Positions 56,001-64,000 of a stretch of 64,000 nt of DNA are shown here, in pieces. How positions within the stretch are numbered: position 1 is the stretch's first letter; each line of letters opens with the position of its first letter. The notes beneath the pieces are model-generated. The model made no database searches. It was not told the DNA's origin and saw only the letters and a program-made list of their open reading frames with translations. Source of the DNA: Chiloscyllium plagiosum (Eukaryota); contig NC_057730.1 of the NCBI RefSeq assembly GCF_004010195.1, positions 32,961,152 to 33,025,151 on the forward strand. Reading direction: 5' to 3'. The translations under genes were made by a program, and so were the position numbers.

Positions 56001-58163
56001 ATGAACTGGCTGCTTCCACCATATACACTGGCCAATTTGACAAATGAAACCAGTAGCATGAAAATTCTAATTTATGGTAGTGCTAAATATAATGATTTGC
56101 CTTCCAGGCATTCAGCAGGGGTAAACTGATCTTGCAGGAAATGATGTCAACAAGCAGTCTGATAACAAGGCCAGGCCAGATGAGATGTCAAAATGGGCAG
56201 TGAGGGATATACTGGTTTTATCAGCACACACGTGGAAACTAATATTGTGCCACAGATGATTCCAAGCTAATATTACAAGAGACTACACTTCTAGATCCTG
56301 TCAGACTCAACACAACATGAGAAGTTTTGTAGAACATTCAATGACTATGGCTACATTGGTAAAAGTGGAACTAAGCAAGGGTAATCTAAACTAACTGGAC
56401 CAGTGAAGCAAAATTATAGAGTCACAAAGTGGTACTGCATGGAAACAGATCCTTCAGTCCAACTAGTCTATTCCAACCAGATATTCTAAATTAATCAAGC
56501 CCCATTTGCCAGCATTTGGCCCATTCCTATTCAAATATCCATCCAGAGGCATTTTAAATGTCACTGTATCAGCGTCCACCCCTTCCTCTGGCAGCTCATT
56601 CCATGCACACATCACCCTCTGAGAAAAAGTTGCCCCTTAGATCCCTTATAAATCTTTATCCTCTCACCTTAAACTTATCCCCTCTAGTTTTTAAAAACTT
56701 GGCCATTCACCCTATCCATGCCCCTCATGACTTAATAAATTTCTAGATCACCCATTAGCATCCAACTTTCCAGGGAGGATAGTCCCAGCCTATTCAGCTC
56801 TCCCTATAGCTCAAACCCTCCAATCCTAGCAACATACTTATAAATCTTGTCTGCACTGTCAAGTTTAACAACATCTTTCCTATAGCAGGGAGACCAGAAC
56901 TGGGCAGTATTCCAAATGTGGCCTAACTAATGTCCTGTACATCTGCAAATGACATCCCAACTCCTAAACTTCACTACCCTGTCTTACTGACTCAACCTTC
57001 AAGGATTAGGAGATTGCCTTGGTTAACTAGTAAATGCTGCAGGCGGGTCAAAAGCAAAAAGTGCAGCATCGCCACAGTGATTGCTATTTCTGACTTATAG
57101 CAAAAAACTATAGAAATCAAATATTGCAAAATTCAGCACCATTGAAATATTAGGTCCAAATCTCTGTCATTCAACAACTTGTAACAAACTTCAGTAAAAT
57201 GACAGCATGTTTGACCTAGAATATTAAGGCCATACACACATTCTCTTCTTCCAAGATGACAGAATTTTCATTGTTGAGATCAAACATTCCAACAACAACT
57301 ATCTTAAAAATGCAGCAAATCAATTCCCACACAACTGAAGTCTTTAAAACAAGTCAATTTCCAACACAATATTTACAAATGCATTGGTATATCACAACTA
57401 TACGCCACGCAAAAATTAATCTCGAATCAATTATCAGTGCAGCCATCCATTTTTAAAACTGAGGTGTCTAAGATAATTCCAGCTGGATGCGAGAACATGA
57501 ACAAGGTTCCTACTAATTGCTACTTTATGCGCTACCAGTGCCTTCAGACCGTCATAGTCTGTCTAAAGGGCAGTCTTCGAGTCGGCGCAGCTGACAAGGG
57601 TAGATGACCTCCATGGAACATTAATTGAAAATTAAATTATTACATGATTGGTTTCTAAATGTGTCTCCGGAGGGCGAAAGGAGAGTTTGCAGATGACAAA
57701 GGACAAGGAATGCATTTTACTTATGGGGGTCGGGGATATAGATGCCGCCGTAGACTTAAAAATTCGCTATAAAACTGCAGCGAAAATTAAAGTGATTATG
57801 CTGGAAAAGTTACGTCGTAACCGGGTTTAATGCGTCTGGTTTCGTTTGTCTCAACGTATAAGATGTCCTTACGAATTCAGACCATTCCAGCAAACATACG
57901 CCATCTTGTCTAGCATACAAGATAGAAGCAACACTGAACAAAAGGACAGAGAAGTAAACATTATTTAAATGCAAATAAGTGGTTGGGGTTAATTTACCTT
58001 CCTTAGTTTGTGCGTTGGTGATCTGTAAATCGCAATCTGCCGCCTTCAGCTTCTCTCTGGCCATGATCGTCTTCTTTAGATCACTCAAAGAAATATGAAG
58101 CCCATCGAAAGTGACCGTGTCATAGTTCAGTTTAGAAGAAAATTTGTAATGTACACACGACAT
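3456..58163 (-). CDS. RBBP6: RBBP6 E3 ubiquitin ligase / pre-mRNA 3'-end processing factor, spliced CDS span (17 coding exons, 1785 aa)
   Basis: Exons join in frame with GT-AG borders (166+100+37+45+89+97+140+173+104+377+91+61+58+360+102+1785+1573=5358 nt). N-terminus MSCVHYKFSSKLNYDTVTFDGLHISL, zinc knuckle, RING, RS domain and KKHKKH tail match vertebrate RBBP6. Confidence 0.97.
5742..7038 (-). mobile_element. Penelope-like element, degenerate RT/GIY-YIG region plus terminal repeat, in intron 17
   Basis: Frameshifted peptides FHSGLKFTWTISDTS, DKDRTPLVLTFHP...LRIQRIILHHF, VANHFNSPSHS; terminus CTGATGAatggcttatgcctGAAACatcga near 5815-5845. Confidence 0.85.
7169..8953 (-). CDS. RBBP6: RBBP6 exon 17 homologue (RS domain and Rb-binding region)
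   Basis: Open from ctcag| at 8953 (SRSRSYSGSSFSGSSYSYSKSRS...ERERYREWER), in frame with ORF 7129..8166, to GSTLVDYT with AAG|gttaga; 1785 nt. Confidence 0.94.
9581..9698 (-). repeat. Short Penelope-terminus-type repeat
   Basis: cagatgctgga...ctgctggagaaactcagcatgtctggcagtatctg...cttcttcagaa; a related copy lies on + at about 48840-48918. Confidence 0.5.
9888..9989 (-). CDS. RBBP6: RBBP6 exon 16 homologue (102-nt cassette exon)
   Basis: EKKKSKLDEFTNDFAKELMEYRKIQKERRRSYS; ttttag|...AAG|gtaagt; symmetric 102 nt. Confidence 0.95.
10540..12410. mobile_element. Cluster of decayed LINE fragments (CR1 and L2/Crack-like) in intron 15
   Basis: GPQGSVLG motif near 11580; catctacaaggcataagccaagaatgtgctggaatactc motif shared with 38320-38365; esterase-like stretch 10790-10920. 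Confidence 0.6.
12960..13790 (-). mobile_element. GC-rich non-autonomous retroelement-like insertion, family uncertain
   Basis: Sharp GC rise, internal ccaggagtccc/ccaggagctcc repeats, A-rich linker 13672-13730; overlapping ORFs have no recognisable domain. Confidence 0.45.
14428..14787 (-). CDS. RBBP6: RBBP6 exon 15 homologue (proline-rich)
   Basis: PLPPGVPPPQFPPQFPPGQPPPAGFSIPPPGFPPAP...QAPPLSREEFYREQRRLKE; cctag|...|gtgagt; 360 nt. Confidence 0.94.
15698..16033 (+). mobile_element. HE1/V-SINE-type tRNA-derived SINE, young
   Basis: A box cagtggttagc, B box gggttcaattccc, core tgtgtggagtttgcac...ccggtttcctccc, taatc tail; 5' head partly duplicated. Confidence 0.9.
16035..17395 (+). mobile_element. 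Decayed CR1 LINE, RT and 3' end
   Basis: FGKVPHKRLLGKIK, WKAVTSGVLQGSVLGPQL, GHLVETYK, VVKLWNSPPQKA. Confidence 0.8.
17595..17652 (-). CDS. RBBP6: RBBP6 exon 13
   Basis: GQPMRSSGVRPPGNRPGWE; ttcag|...|gtaagt; 58 nt; preceded by a 75-nt intron. Confidence 0.9.
17728..17788 (-). CDS. RBBP6: RBBP6 exon 12
   Basis: GYQVPVLGHPASHGQSIPTT; ttcag|...CAG|gttcgt; 61 nt. Confidence 0.9.
18876..19274. mobile_element. Penelope-like inverted-repeat (palindromic) fragment
   Basis: Arms aagtctctgcaggtgaccaaggatgtta / taacatccttggtcagctgcagagactt around 19070; outer gtccaac / gttggac. Confidence 0.7.
19307..19397 (-). CDS. RBBP6: RBBP6 exon 11
   Basis: ttcag|...AAG|gtaagt; ELNKTVVVTATTGTITSNPSMSTSSTSVVK; 91 nt, phase 2 to 0 fits neighbours; peptide divergent. 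Confidence 0.82.
19440..19662. mobile_element. MITE (Tc1/mariner/pogo-like, TA target duplication)
   Basis: TA|caggtcgttctgctataac ... gttaaagaagaactacctg|TA imperfect TIRs; 223 bp. Confidence 0.75.
19880..21130 (+). mobile_element. Highly decayed CR1 LINE
   Basis: Remnants gacttccagatagaatttgatgaagtccc, ttgagtactgtactcattct and a CR1-like 3' end. Confidence 0.55.
22051..22427 (-). CDS. RBBP6: RBBP6 exon 10 (Pro/Gln/Thr-rich)
   Basis: AVNNFKNETGYTKRARKQ...PPKHEEGD; tgcag|...|gtaagt; 377 nt. Confidence 0.93.
22753..22856 (-). CDS. RBBP6: RBBP6 exon 9 (RING, second half)
   Basis: CIRTSLLESEEHTCPTCHQTDVSPDALIANKFLRQ; 104 nt. Confidence 0.95.
23157..23329 (-). CDS. RBBP6: RBBP6 exon 8 (RING, first half)
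   Basis: EAYAQGKKEKPPFLPEEPSSSSEEEDPIPDELLCLICKDLMMDAVVIPCCGNSYCDD; 173 nt. Confidence 0.96.
23645..23784 (-). CDS. RBBP6: RBBP6 exon 7
   Basis: DKNFEAVPRIKKSTGIPRSFMVEVDDPNMKGAMLTNTGKYAIPTID; cag|...|gtaagt; 140 nt. Confidence 0.95.
24440..24536 (-). CDS. RBBP6: RBBP6 exon 6 (CCHC zinc knuckle)
   Basis: YMKKPLGPPPPTYTCFRCGKPGHYIKNCPTNG (C-x2-C-x4-H-x4-C); 97 nt; donor GGG|gtgggt. Confidence 0.95.
24638..24726 (-). CDS. RBBP6: RBBP6 exon 5
   Basis: TANLAEANASEEDKIKAMMTQSGQEYDPV; cag|...|gtaagt; 89 nt. Confidence 0.95.
30307..30351 (-). CDS. RBBP6: RBBP6 exon 4
   Basis: aacag|...|gtagaa; IDDSGTSISLAQLTK; 45 nt. Confidence 0.93.
30724..30810. other. Assembly gap (87 N)
   Basis: Run of N flanked by G-rich sequence. 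Confidence 0.99.
32480..33480 (-). mobile_element. Decayed CR1 LINE
   Basis: tttcagaccctaactactc, aaatttcatctgccacctatcc and other CR1 3' remnants. Confidence 0.5.
34180..34600 (+). mobile_element. Decayed CR1 LINE 3' end
   Basis: gaagaatgagggcgactctattgaagcatat (RMRGDLIE-like), agaactaaggggcactg. Confidence 0.55.
36594..37208 (-). mobile_element. Older V-SINE-type SINE interrupted by a younger SINE
   Basis: Host breaks at caaactccacacagata (36842) and resumes at gtcacccaaggctggaattgaacccagg (37141). Confidence 0.85.
36843..37140 (+). mobile_element. Young HE1/V-SINE-type SINE, 5'-truncated, nested
   Basis: Near-identical to 15735-16030; (TAATC)n tail. Confidence 0.9.
37862..38058. mobile_element. 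Penelope-terminus inverted repeat
   Basis: ctggaaaagcacagatcaggcagcatccgaggagcag / ctgctccttggatgctgtctgaccggctgcgcttttccag; same family as the terminus at 5742-5850. Confidence 0.7.
38262..38815 (+). mobile_element. L2/Crack-like LINE 3' end
   Basis: YKAQVRSVMEYSPLVWMSAAPT; 3' end taaatgctggtcagccagcgacacccacatccca; related pieces at 37220-37620, 38060-38260 and 60500-62550. Confidence 0.75.
42575..42820 (-). mobile_element. CR1 LINE 3' fragment
   Basis: gaattccacagagtcactactcagtgaagaaattcttcctcatctcagttctaagtggcc. Confidence 0.65.
44843..44848 (-). promoter_or_regulatory. Candidate intronic polyadenylation signal (AATAAA) for the short isoform
   Basis: First minus-strand AATAAA I found after the read-through stop (about 375 nt downstream), followed by GT/T-rich sequence. 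Confidence 0.55.
45224..45316 (-). CDS. RBBP6: Alternative 3' extension of exon 3 giving the short DWNN-only isoform (isoform 3-like)
   Basis: Read-through of the exon 3 donor gives VCKTKIQSEPFFLFLILHLSCHFEIVIRQC* (TAA 45224-45226); resembles the human isoform 3 tail VCKNTISHFF... as recalled. Confidence 0.7.
   Translation of the reverse strand, partial: VCKTKIQSEPFFLFLILHLSCHFEIVIRQC
45317..45353 (-). CDS. RBBP6: RBBP6 exon 3
   Basis: tttctag|AGATCGTTCTGAACCAGCAAGTGGAGCATCGAAAGCA|gtatgt; IDRSEPASGASKA; 37 nt, phase 2 to 0. Confidence 0.9.
45715..45992 (-). mobile_element. HE1/V-SINE-type SINE with internal deletion
   Basis: Reverse complement of the 15698 family; head at 45992, tail at 45715. 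Confidence 0.9.
46607..46989. mobile_element. Penelope-like palindromic element with 14-bp TSD
   Basis: 173-bp inverted arms 46607-46779 / 46780-46952 with no spacer; TSD GAAAATTATGTGGT at 46593-46606 and 46990-47003. Confidence 0.88.
46877..46916 (+). ncRNA. Minimal type I hammerhead ribozyme motif (mirror copy on - at 46643-46682)
   Basis: GCA-CTGAGGA-T-GTCACCT-AGAC-AGGGGAC-GAAAC-GTC-TGC: CUGAnGA and GAAA cores, stem II, GUC cleavage triplet, 3-bp stem I. Confidence 0.6.
50018..50117 (-). CDS. RBBP6: RBBP6 exon 2 (end of DWNN, di-glycine motif)
   Basis: cag|...|gtaagt; EYTDDNALIPKNSSVIIKRIPIGGVKSAGKTFV; 100 nt; absent from the ORF track. Confidence 0.95.
51329..51640 (+). mobile_element. 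V-SINE-type SINE, older
   Basis: ggcatggtggctcagtggttagcactgctgcctca...tgtggagtttgcacattctcc. Confidence 0.85.
52500..56400. mobile_element. Scattered ancient L2-like LINE fragments in intron 1
   Basis: tgcaacctttgacagttgaccattcc (FDTVDH-like), tctgcaccgtcag-like PQGS remnant near 53190, aagcaccttgggatatt 3' end near 54605. Confidence 0.45.
56415..56970 (-). mobile_element. CR1/HER1-like LINE 3' end
   Basis: Similar to 477-1083 (gaccagaactgggcagtattccaaatgtggcc; ctctgagaaaaagttgcccct). Confidence 0.8.
57998..58163 (-). CDS. RBBP6: RBBP6 exon 1 coding part (DWNN domain)
   Basis: ATG at 58163; MSCVHYKFSSKLNYDTVTFDGLHISLSDLKKTIMAREKLKAADCDLQITNAQTKE; donor AAG|GTAAAT; 166 nt. Confidence 0.97.
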
Positions 58164-58799
58164 TTTTGTTTTTTTGAATGGGACAAGCCTTACCCACAAA
58201 AAAGTTTTACCCTTTTACCACTGCAAAACACAAAAACAAAAAAGTCCTCTTTTTCACAATTTAATATTTGAAATTCAAGTATTTAGACTTTGTAGTATTA
58301 AAGCAAGTTATAAAAAACACTATACTGGATGGTAAAGTCAGGAAATAACTGGCTTTCAAATGCACATTGCACAAAATTAAATACTAGCTGTTTTACTCAC
58401 TAATAAACCGGATAGTTCAAAAGTCAATGGTATAGTTTAAATGTCCAAGAAATTGTACGAAGTCCAAAGGATTTATTTCCCAAGGTAAAGAGTTCAAAAA
58501 TATTCAGTTTATTTTCCCTCTTCCTTTTAATTACAAAGCCGCAATGCAGTATGTCTCGGCACAGTTTTTTTTAAAAACTAAAAGGAATCGGATCCACGTT
58601 TGTTTCTTGACTTCCTTCCTTCGGAAAATCCTGTTCCAACGATCTCGCCCACAAATACGGTCTTCGGTAGCAGCTCTAAATATCGTTTATTTTTTAACTA
58701 AGATTGAGAGGGAGTTTTTTTTAAAACGAAAAAGGTCACTCGTATTAGTGGTGGAGTAAAAATATACACAACACACACAAGGCCCTAGTACCAACAGAG

Positions 58800-59540
58800 C
58801 TGCGCCTCCTTTTCCTCGGCAATACTCCTCAGGAGCAAGTGTGATCCATGACTTTTGCTCGAAAAGCTGAGGGATTAAATGGGAAATAAAGGGGATAGGA
58901 TGCGAGGACTGGGGAGGTGGGGGTGGGGGAGGTTGAGGTAGGGGGTTGGGAGAAAGAGGTGAGGGAAGGGGCGGGAAGGAGGTGAGGGAAGGGGCGACGA
59001 AGATGCAGGAACGCAGAATCAGCGCTCCGGACAGACGGCACAGTAGACAGGCCGGTTTCCTGGCAGGTGGCTTCCTAGGCTCAGCTCGAATCGATAGGCC
59101 CGTCAGCGTTTCTCAGATACATTTTCGCACTGCAGCTTTCTAACACTCAGTCATCACTACACCTCATTATAAACCACACTAGAAAAAAAAATAAACGCTC
59201 AAGTTCTAAAGTGATGCATAAGGACGGCACTAATGTCAAATCTGAGGCAGGTCCCACAAATTCAAACGGACACCACCTCTCAGCCACAACAATGGCGCCT
59301 CCAACGCAAAAACGCCAGGGGTCTCCTATAACTAGGAGCAGGGGCGACGATGTCACAATCACCGCGAGAATGTGTTCAGGTTGCGGAAGTGACGCAAACC
59401 TCCTGTCAATCACCTGGTTTTTACCACGCCCCTCCCCCTGACATTTCGCCAAAAAACCGCGAGATTGAGGCGAGCGCTCGAGCTTTTTTTTATTTCCTTT
59501 AGATTTAAGATGGCGTTCGTTGAAACGGCGGTGGGTATTT
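58800..59540. promoter_or_regulatory. CpG-rich promoter / 5' leader region of RBBP6
   Basis: Local CpG enrichment; ETS-CRE composite GCGGAAGTGACGCA 59383-59396; KLF/SP CCACGCCC 59424-59431; E2F-like TTTCGCC 59444-59450; YY1 AAGATGGCG 59507-59515. Confidence 0.75.
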
Positions 59541-60883
59541 CCTGATTAAAGTTGTTTTTCTTCAGGCTTTTTGTAAAAAGTGGTTGTGGTGCTGCTGTTT
59601 TTGACTGGCCAGGAATCATTAAAGAACGCTAAGCTCTGAAGTGTAGAGTGATAGTTCGTTTAGAGCGAACTATTTTTGCATTTTGTGTATTTCTCAATAT
59701 TTTAATTTGAACCATGAAGGAAGTTAACTTGTTTTATTGAAAAGACGGTGTATATTAATATATAAGTGGTTGTGTTTATACTGATATATTGCAATGGGAC
59801 ACTTTGTTTCACTGTTAGTTGTTTATCCCATTCCACCCGAGGAGCTACCCCAGCTTATTTCGGTGCCCTCACCTATGATCTCGTATCCTGTAAATCAACA
59901 CATTTTTGGTTTTCAGATAACTTTGATAAAACTGGTAAGTAACTATTTTGTTTGGAAACCTATAGTAACTGAGACGTAGATTCTGTTACCTTATTCCACT
60001 TTCTTCCCCCCCCCCCAAAAGTTTTCCTTGTGTTCATGATCTGTCATTCGGCAGATGTTCATTTAAAACAAAATGATTGAAGTAACGCGATGTAGTTGTA
60101 ACGTGAAAAGCTGTTGTTAAGTGTGCTGCCATTGATTCGTGTAATGTTGATGTCAAATGAGCAATATTCTCCCAATGACCACAATTTACTAATGCACTGG
60201 TTTGCATGTTATATGGGGAAATCACAATTGAATACTTTTAATTTCTTAATTATTTCTTAATGACTGTCAGTAAATTTCTTTCCTTGTTCTTGTGTCAAAT
60301 GTGCAATTGCTAGAACCTTAGTTTAGACAAGTCATAAATTGTCCAGGTACACAAAAAGCAGAACAAACTCAACCCTGCCTATGATGATCAAGAGAAATGA
60401 TAATATGATGGGAGATGTCCTCACTGTACTACCAAGCAGCACTTGCTTCATAATAACGTGCTGGCTGATACTCGCTTTAGCTTCTGTCAGGGCCATTTAG
60501 CTCCGAACCTCAATGTTGCCTTAGTTTAGACATGGATAAATGAGCAGAATTGAGATCTGAGGGGAGTGTGACTGTCCTTGGCATTAAGGGCATGTTTGAC
60601 TGCATGTGGCATCAGGAGCCCTAGCAAACGTGGCTTAAAGGAAGAGGTTTATGGTTGTTGGTCAATCAACTCAGTTCTGGAACATCTCTGCAGGAGTTTA
60701 TTGGAATAGATATTTTCCAACCCTGTTCAGAGATGTTATTGCATATGCTGAAGCAGGTGGGACTTGAACTGGGCCTCCTGGCTGCAAGGTAGGAACATTA
60801 CCATCGGCCACATAAGCCCTTTGAGCTACTTAGGGTAGTGTTCTGGGTCCAGCCATCTTCAGCTGCTTCATCAAGACCACCTC

Positions 60884-61240
60884 GGCATGGTGGCTCTGTG
60901 ATTAGCACTGCTGCCTCAGCGCCAGGGATCCGGGTTCGATTCCAGCCTCGGGTGCCTGTCTGTGTAGAGTTTGGGTGTTCTCCCCATGTCTGCGTGGGTT
61001 TCCTCTGGGTGCTCCGGTTTCCTTCCACAATCTAAAGATGTGCAAATTAGGTGAATTAGCTATGCTAAATTTCCCATAGTGTCCAGGGATGTGTAGGTTA
61101 GGTGCATTAGTCGGGGGTGGGGGGTAAATGTAGGCTTATAGGGGAGGGCAATGGGTGTCGATGGGTTAACTCTTTGGAGGGGTTGGTGTGAACTTGTTGG
61201 GCTGAAGGGTCTGTTTCCATGTTTGTTGGGATTTCATGAT
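60884..61240 (+). mobile_element. V-SINE-type SINE
   Basis: tRNA-like head plus V-core, inserted in an L2/Crack-like fragment. Confidence 0.85.
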
Positions 61241-61617
61241 AAGGGCAGAAGTGGGGGTGTTTGATCAGTATCATTCAAAAGAAGTCAATTACTGAAGCAG
61301 TCCATGGCCTAACGCAGCGAGTGTTAGGCAGTATTCAAGTTCAAGCTGACAAATGCCCAGGCACGTATGCATCACACAAGTGCTTGGCAATGATCATCTC
61401 TGACCAAGGAGAATCTACTAGTCACCTCATGACATTACCATCACTGAATTTCATCACTGTCAACATCTTGGATGTTGCCAAATGACTAGAAACTGAACTG
61501 GACTAGTTATATAAATACTGTGTCTACAAACATCGATGCATGGGATTGCCACCACAGCAAGTTTCTTCCCAATCTACTCGCCATCCTGACTTGGAAATAG
61601 GTCATTGTTCCTTTAGT

Positions 61618-61926
61618 GGCATGATGGCTCAGTGGTTAGCACTGCTACCTCACAGTGCTGGGACCTAGGTTCGATTCCACCCTCTGGCTCCAGTCTGTGT
61701 GGAGTTTGCACATTCTCCCCGTGTCTGTGTGGGTTTGCTCCGGTTTCCCCCCGCAATCAAAAGATGTGCAGGTCAGGTGAATTGGCCATGCTAAATTGCT
61801 CATAGTGTTAGGTGCATTAGTCAGGTGTAAATATAGGGAATGGGTCTGGGTGGGTTACTTTTTGAAGGGTCAGTGTGATTTGTTGGGCTGAAGGGCCTAT
61901 TTTCATACTGCAGGGAATCTAATCTA
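61618..61926 (+). mobile_element. V-SINE-type SINE
   Basis: ggctcagtggttagcactgct...aatctaatcta tail. Confidence 0.85.
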
Positions 61927-61942
61927 AAAAGACTTGAACCCA

Positions 61943-62016
61943 GTCTATGTGACGCAATTGGTCAGCACGTTCACCTGTTAACTGAAAGGTGGGTGGTTCA
62001 AAACCACCTAGGGATG
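61943..62016 (+). pseudogene. tRNA-Asn(GTT)-derived pseudogene
   Basis: GTCTATGTGACGCAATTGGTCAGCACGTTCACCTGTTAACTGAAAGGTGGGTGGTTCAAAACCACCTAGGGATG is colinear (74 nt) with vertebrate tRNA-Asn; acceptor, D and anticodon stems carry mismatches. Confidence 0.85.
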
Positions 62017-62052
62017 GAGTGCTCACTGTTCTCACTCTAACCACTTTGTTTT

Positions 62053-62373
62053 GGCTGGCACGGTGGCTCAGTAGTTAGCGCTGCTGCCTCAAAGCACCAG
62101 GGACCTGGGTTCAATTCCAGCCTCTGGCAACTGTCTGTGTGGAAGTTGCACATTTCTCCCCATGTCTGCGTGGGTTTCCTCCAGGTTCTCCGGTTTCCTC
62201 CCACAATCCAAAAGTGTGCAAGTTAGGTGAATTGGCCATGCTAAATTGCCCATGGTGTGCGGTGCATTAGTCAGGGCTAAATATAGGTAATGGGTCTGGG
62301 TGGGTCACTCTTCGAAGAGTCCGTGTGGACTTGTTGGGCCGAAGAGCCTGTTTCATACTGTAGGTAATCTAAT
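62053..62373 (+). mobile_element. V-SINE-type SINE
   Basis: ggcacggtggctcagtagttagc...ggtaatctaat tail. Confidence 0.85.
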
Positions 62374-63452
62374 AAGTGTTGCTGGGTCAATATTCTGAAA
62401 CACCCTTGCTAATAGCATGGTCTGTCTCACTACACCAAATGATCTGCAGCAGTTCAAGAATACAGCTCTCTACCGCCTTCTGAAGAGCATATAGGGATAG
62501 GCAATAAATGCTGGATCAGCCAGTGATACCCGCATTCCATGAATGAATTAAAACAATGTTCATTACTGATGCAATCTAAGTTGGGAAGGACGAATATTTC
62601 CAATTATGCTTTTGGTGTTTTTCCACAGCTCTGGGCCTTCATTGCTTTCGTAAGTGATATTGAAAACACAAGTACTATAAAAGTTGAAGATATTTTTATT
62701 GTACAGCAAACTTTATTTTAACCGGCACCTGATAAACCAGCAAAAATTATAAACCTAAAATATGCAAAGTTTACTGTATTATTCTGTCCAATTATGAGTA
62801 TTTTAATTTATTTACCTCAGCATAAATATAACTGTTCAATTGAATGGCCACATGAAATATTAACAGTTGATCAATTTTGAGTTAGTTTCTCCTCAAATAC
62901 CAAGAAATCCAAGTAATTAGTTGAGGGTGCGAGTGAGAAGGCTTTCTGCTGTTATGTTTTATTTATTGCAAAGTTGCATTATTATTTAAGTGATTTATGC
63001 TGCAAATAAAGTATAACAGTGATGCGTTTCAACAACTTAGTGTGTTTTTTTACATTATGTGGACCTGTAAGGTTGCAAAGGGGCTTGACCTGGAGATGCT
63101 AAGAGGACTTTTTTGTTTAAAAAGACATATGTCATTGGACCAGTATTTATTGCTTATCGCTAATTGGTAATGACATTCAATGTCAGAGGTGATGGTTAGA
63201 TTTTTCTCTTGCTGGAGACTGTCATTGCCTGGCATTTGTGTGGTGTGGATGTTAATTGCTACTTATCAGCCCAAGTCTGAATGCTGTCCAGCTCTTGCCG
63301 TATTTGGACACTGCCTGCGCCACTATCTGAAGGGTTGTGAAGCTTGCTTAACATTGTTGATTGTACACTGCCACCTCCGGGTAAATGATGGAGGGAAAGA
63401 CATTGAAGTGGCTGAAAGCTTTTGCACCTACAACACTATTGAGGAACTTCAG

Positions 63453-63882
63453 GGCTCTTATTTTGTAATAGTAGTGTCCCTCCCCCTAGACCAAGAGGCC
63501 CAGGTTTGAGTCCCACCTGTTCCAGAGGTATTTAATAACATTTCTAAACAGGGTGATTTTCGGAAATTGTCCAGCGCTATCTCATGGGTAACACATCAAG
63601 ACAGGTTGCATTTAAAAAAAGTATCCATTTACATTGCCTTTGGACTCTTGTGGCGCAGTGGTCATGCCGACTGCTGAGGGAGGAGCTCTAGGATCAAGTT
63701 CAACAGTCAAAGGTGTTTCATAACCTCTCTGAACTGGTTGATTAGAAAATGTTTGTCTTGAGCTGAGGACTCTTGTGATGGAATGGTAGTGTCCCCTCCT
63801 TCTGAGCCAGAGGTCCTGTGATCAGGTGTCACCTGCTCCTGAGGTGTGCAATTAAATCTCAGAACATGTTGATTGGAAAATC
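63453..63882 (+). repeat. Three copies of a short (~110 bp) tRNA-headed SINE-like repeat
   Basis: Units near 63453, 63642 and 63767 (ggactcttgtgg...tagtgtccc...ttgatt(a/g)gaaaat); related copies near 31983-32082 (+) and 60705-60815 (-). Confidence 0.65.
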
Positions 63883-64000
63883 CCTCCTGTGAGGGACTGC
63901 TGGGACTGAGACAATTGACTTCCACCAACCATACCCATCTTCCTTTGTACTTGGTATGATTCCAACCAATGGTGAATTTTTATCTCAATACCCACTGCTT

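Noticed and set aside
58164-58199. N-terminal extension MWVRLVPFKKTK in the ORF track
   Set aside because: Starts at a non-ATG codon; the conserved protein starts at MSCVHY with A at -3.
63453-63882. Regularly spaced repeats as a CRISPR-like array or tRNA gene cluster
   Set aside because: Diverged ~110-bp SINE-like units in vertebrate DNA; no constant repeat-spacer structure, no cas genes, no intact cloverleaf.

Overview
Vertebrate genomic DNA, most likely a cartilaginous fish (HE1/V-SINE-type SINEs, CR1, L2 and Penelope-like repeats). The window holds one essentially complete minus-strand gene, RBBP6 (DWNN ubiquitin-like domain, CCHC zinc knuckle, RING, Pro-rich, RS and Lys/His-rich regions). 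I traced 17 GT-AG coding exons by hand from ATG 58163 to TAG 3456 (5358 nt, 1785 aa, consistent phases); exons are numbered by homology to human and no clear exon 14 homologue was found. The most interesting signals are in the introns: a read-through tail and poly(A) signal for the short DWNN-only isoform, an in-frame 51-nt cassette exon candidate, stop-containing exon candidates, a long AG-free zone before exon 16, a spacer-less 346-bp palindrome with hammerhead ribozyme cores and a 14-bp TSD, a tRNA-Asn pseudogene and a possibly bidirectional promoter. I see no evidence of a wholly new multi-gene system. Repeat boundaries and family names are approximate, and human comparisons are from memory.
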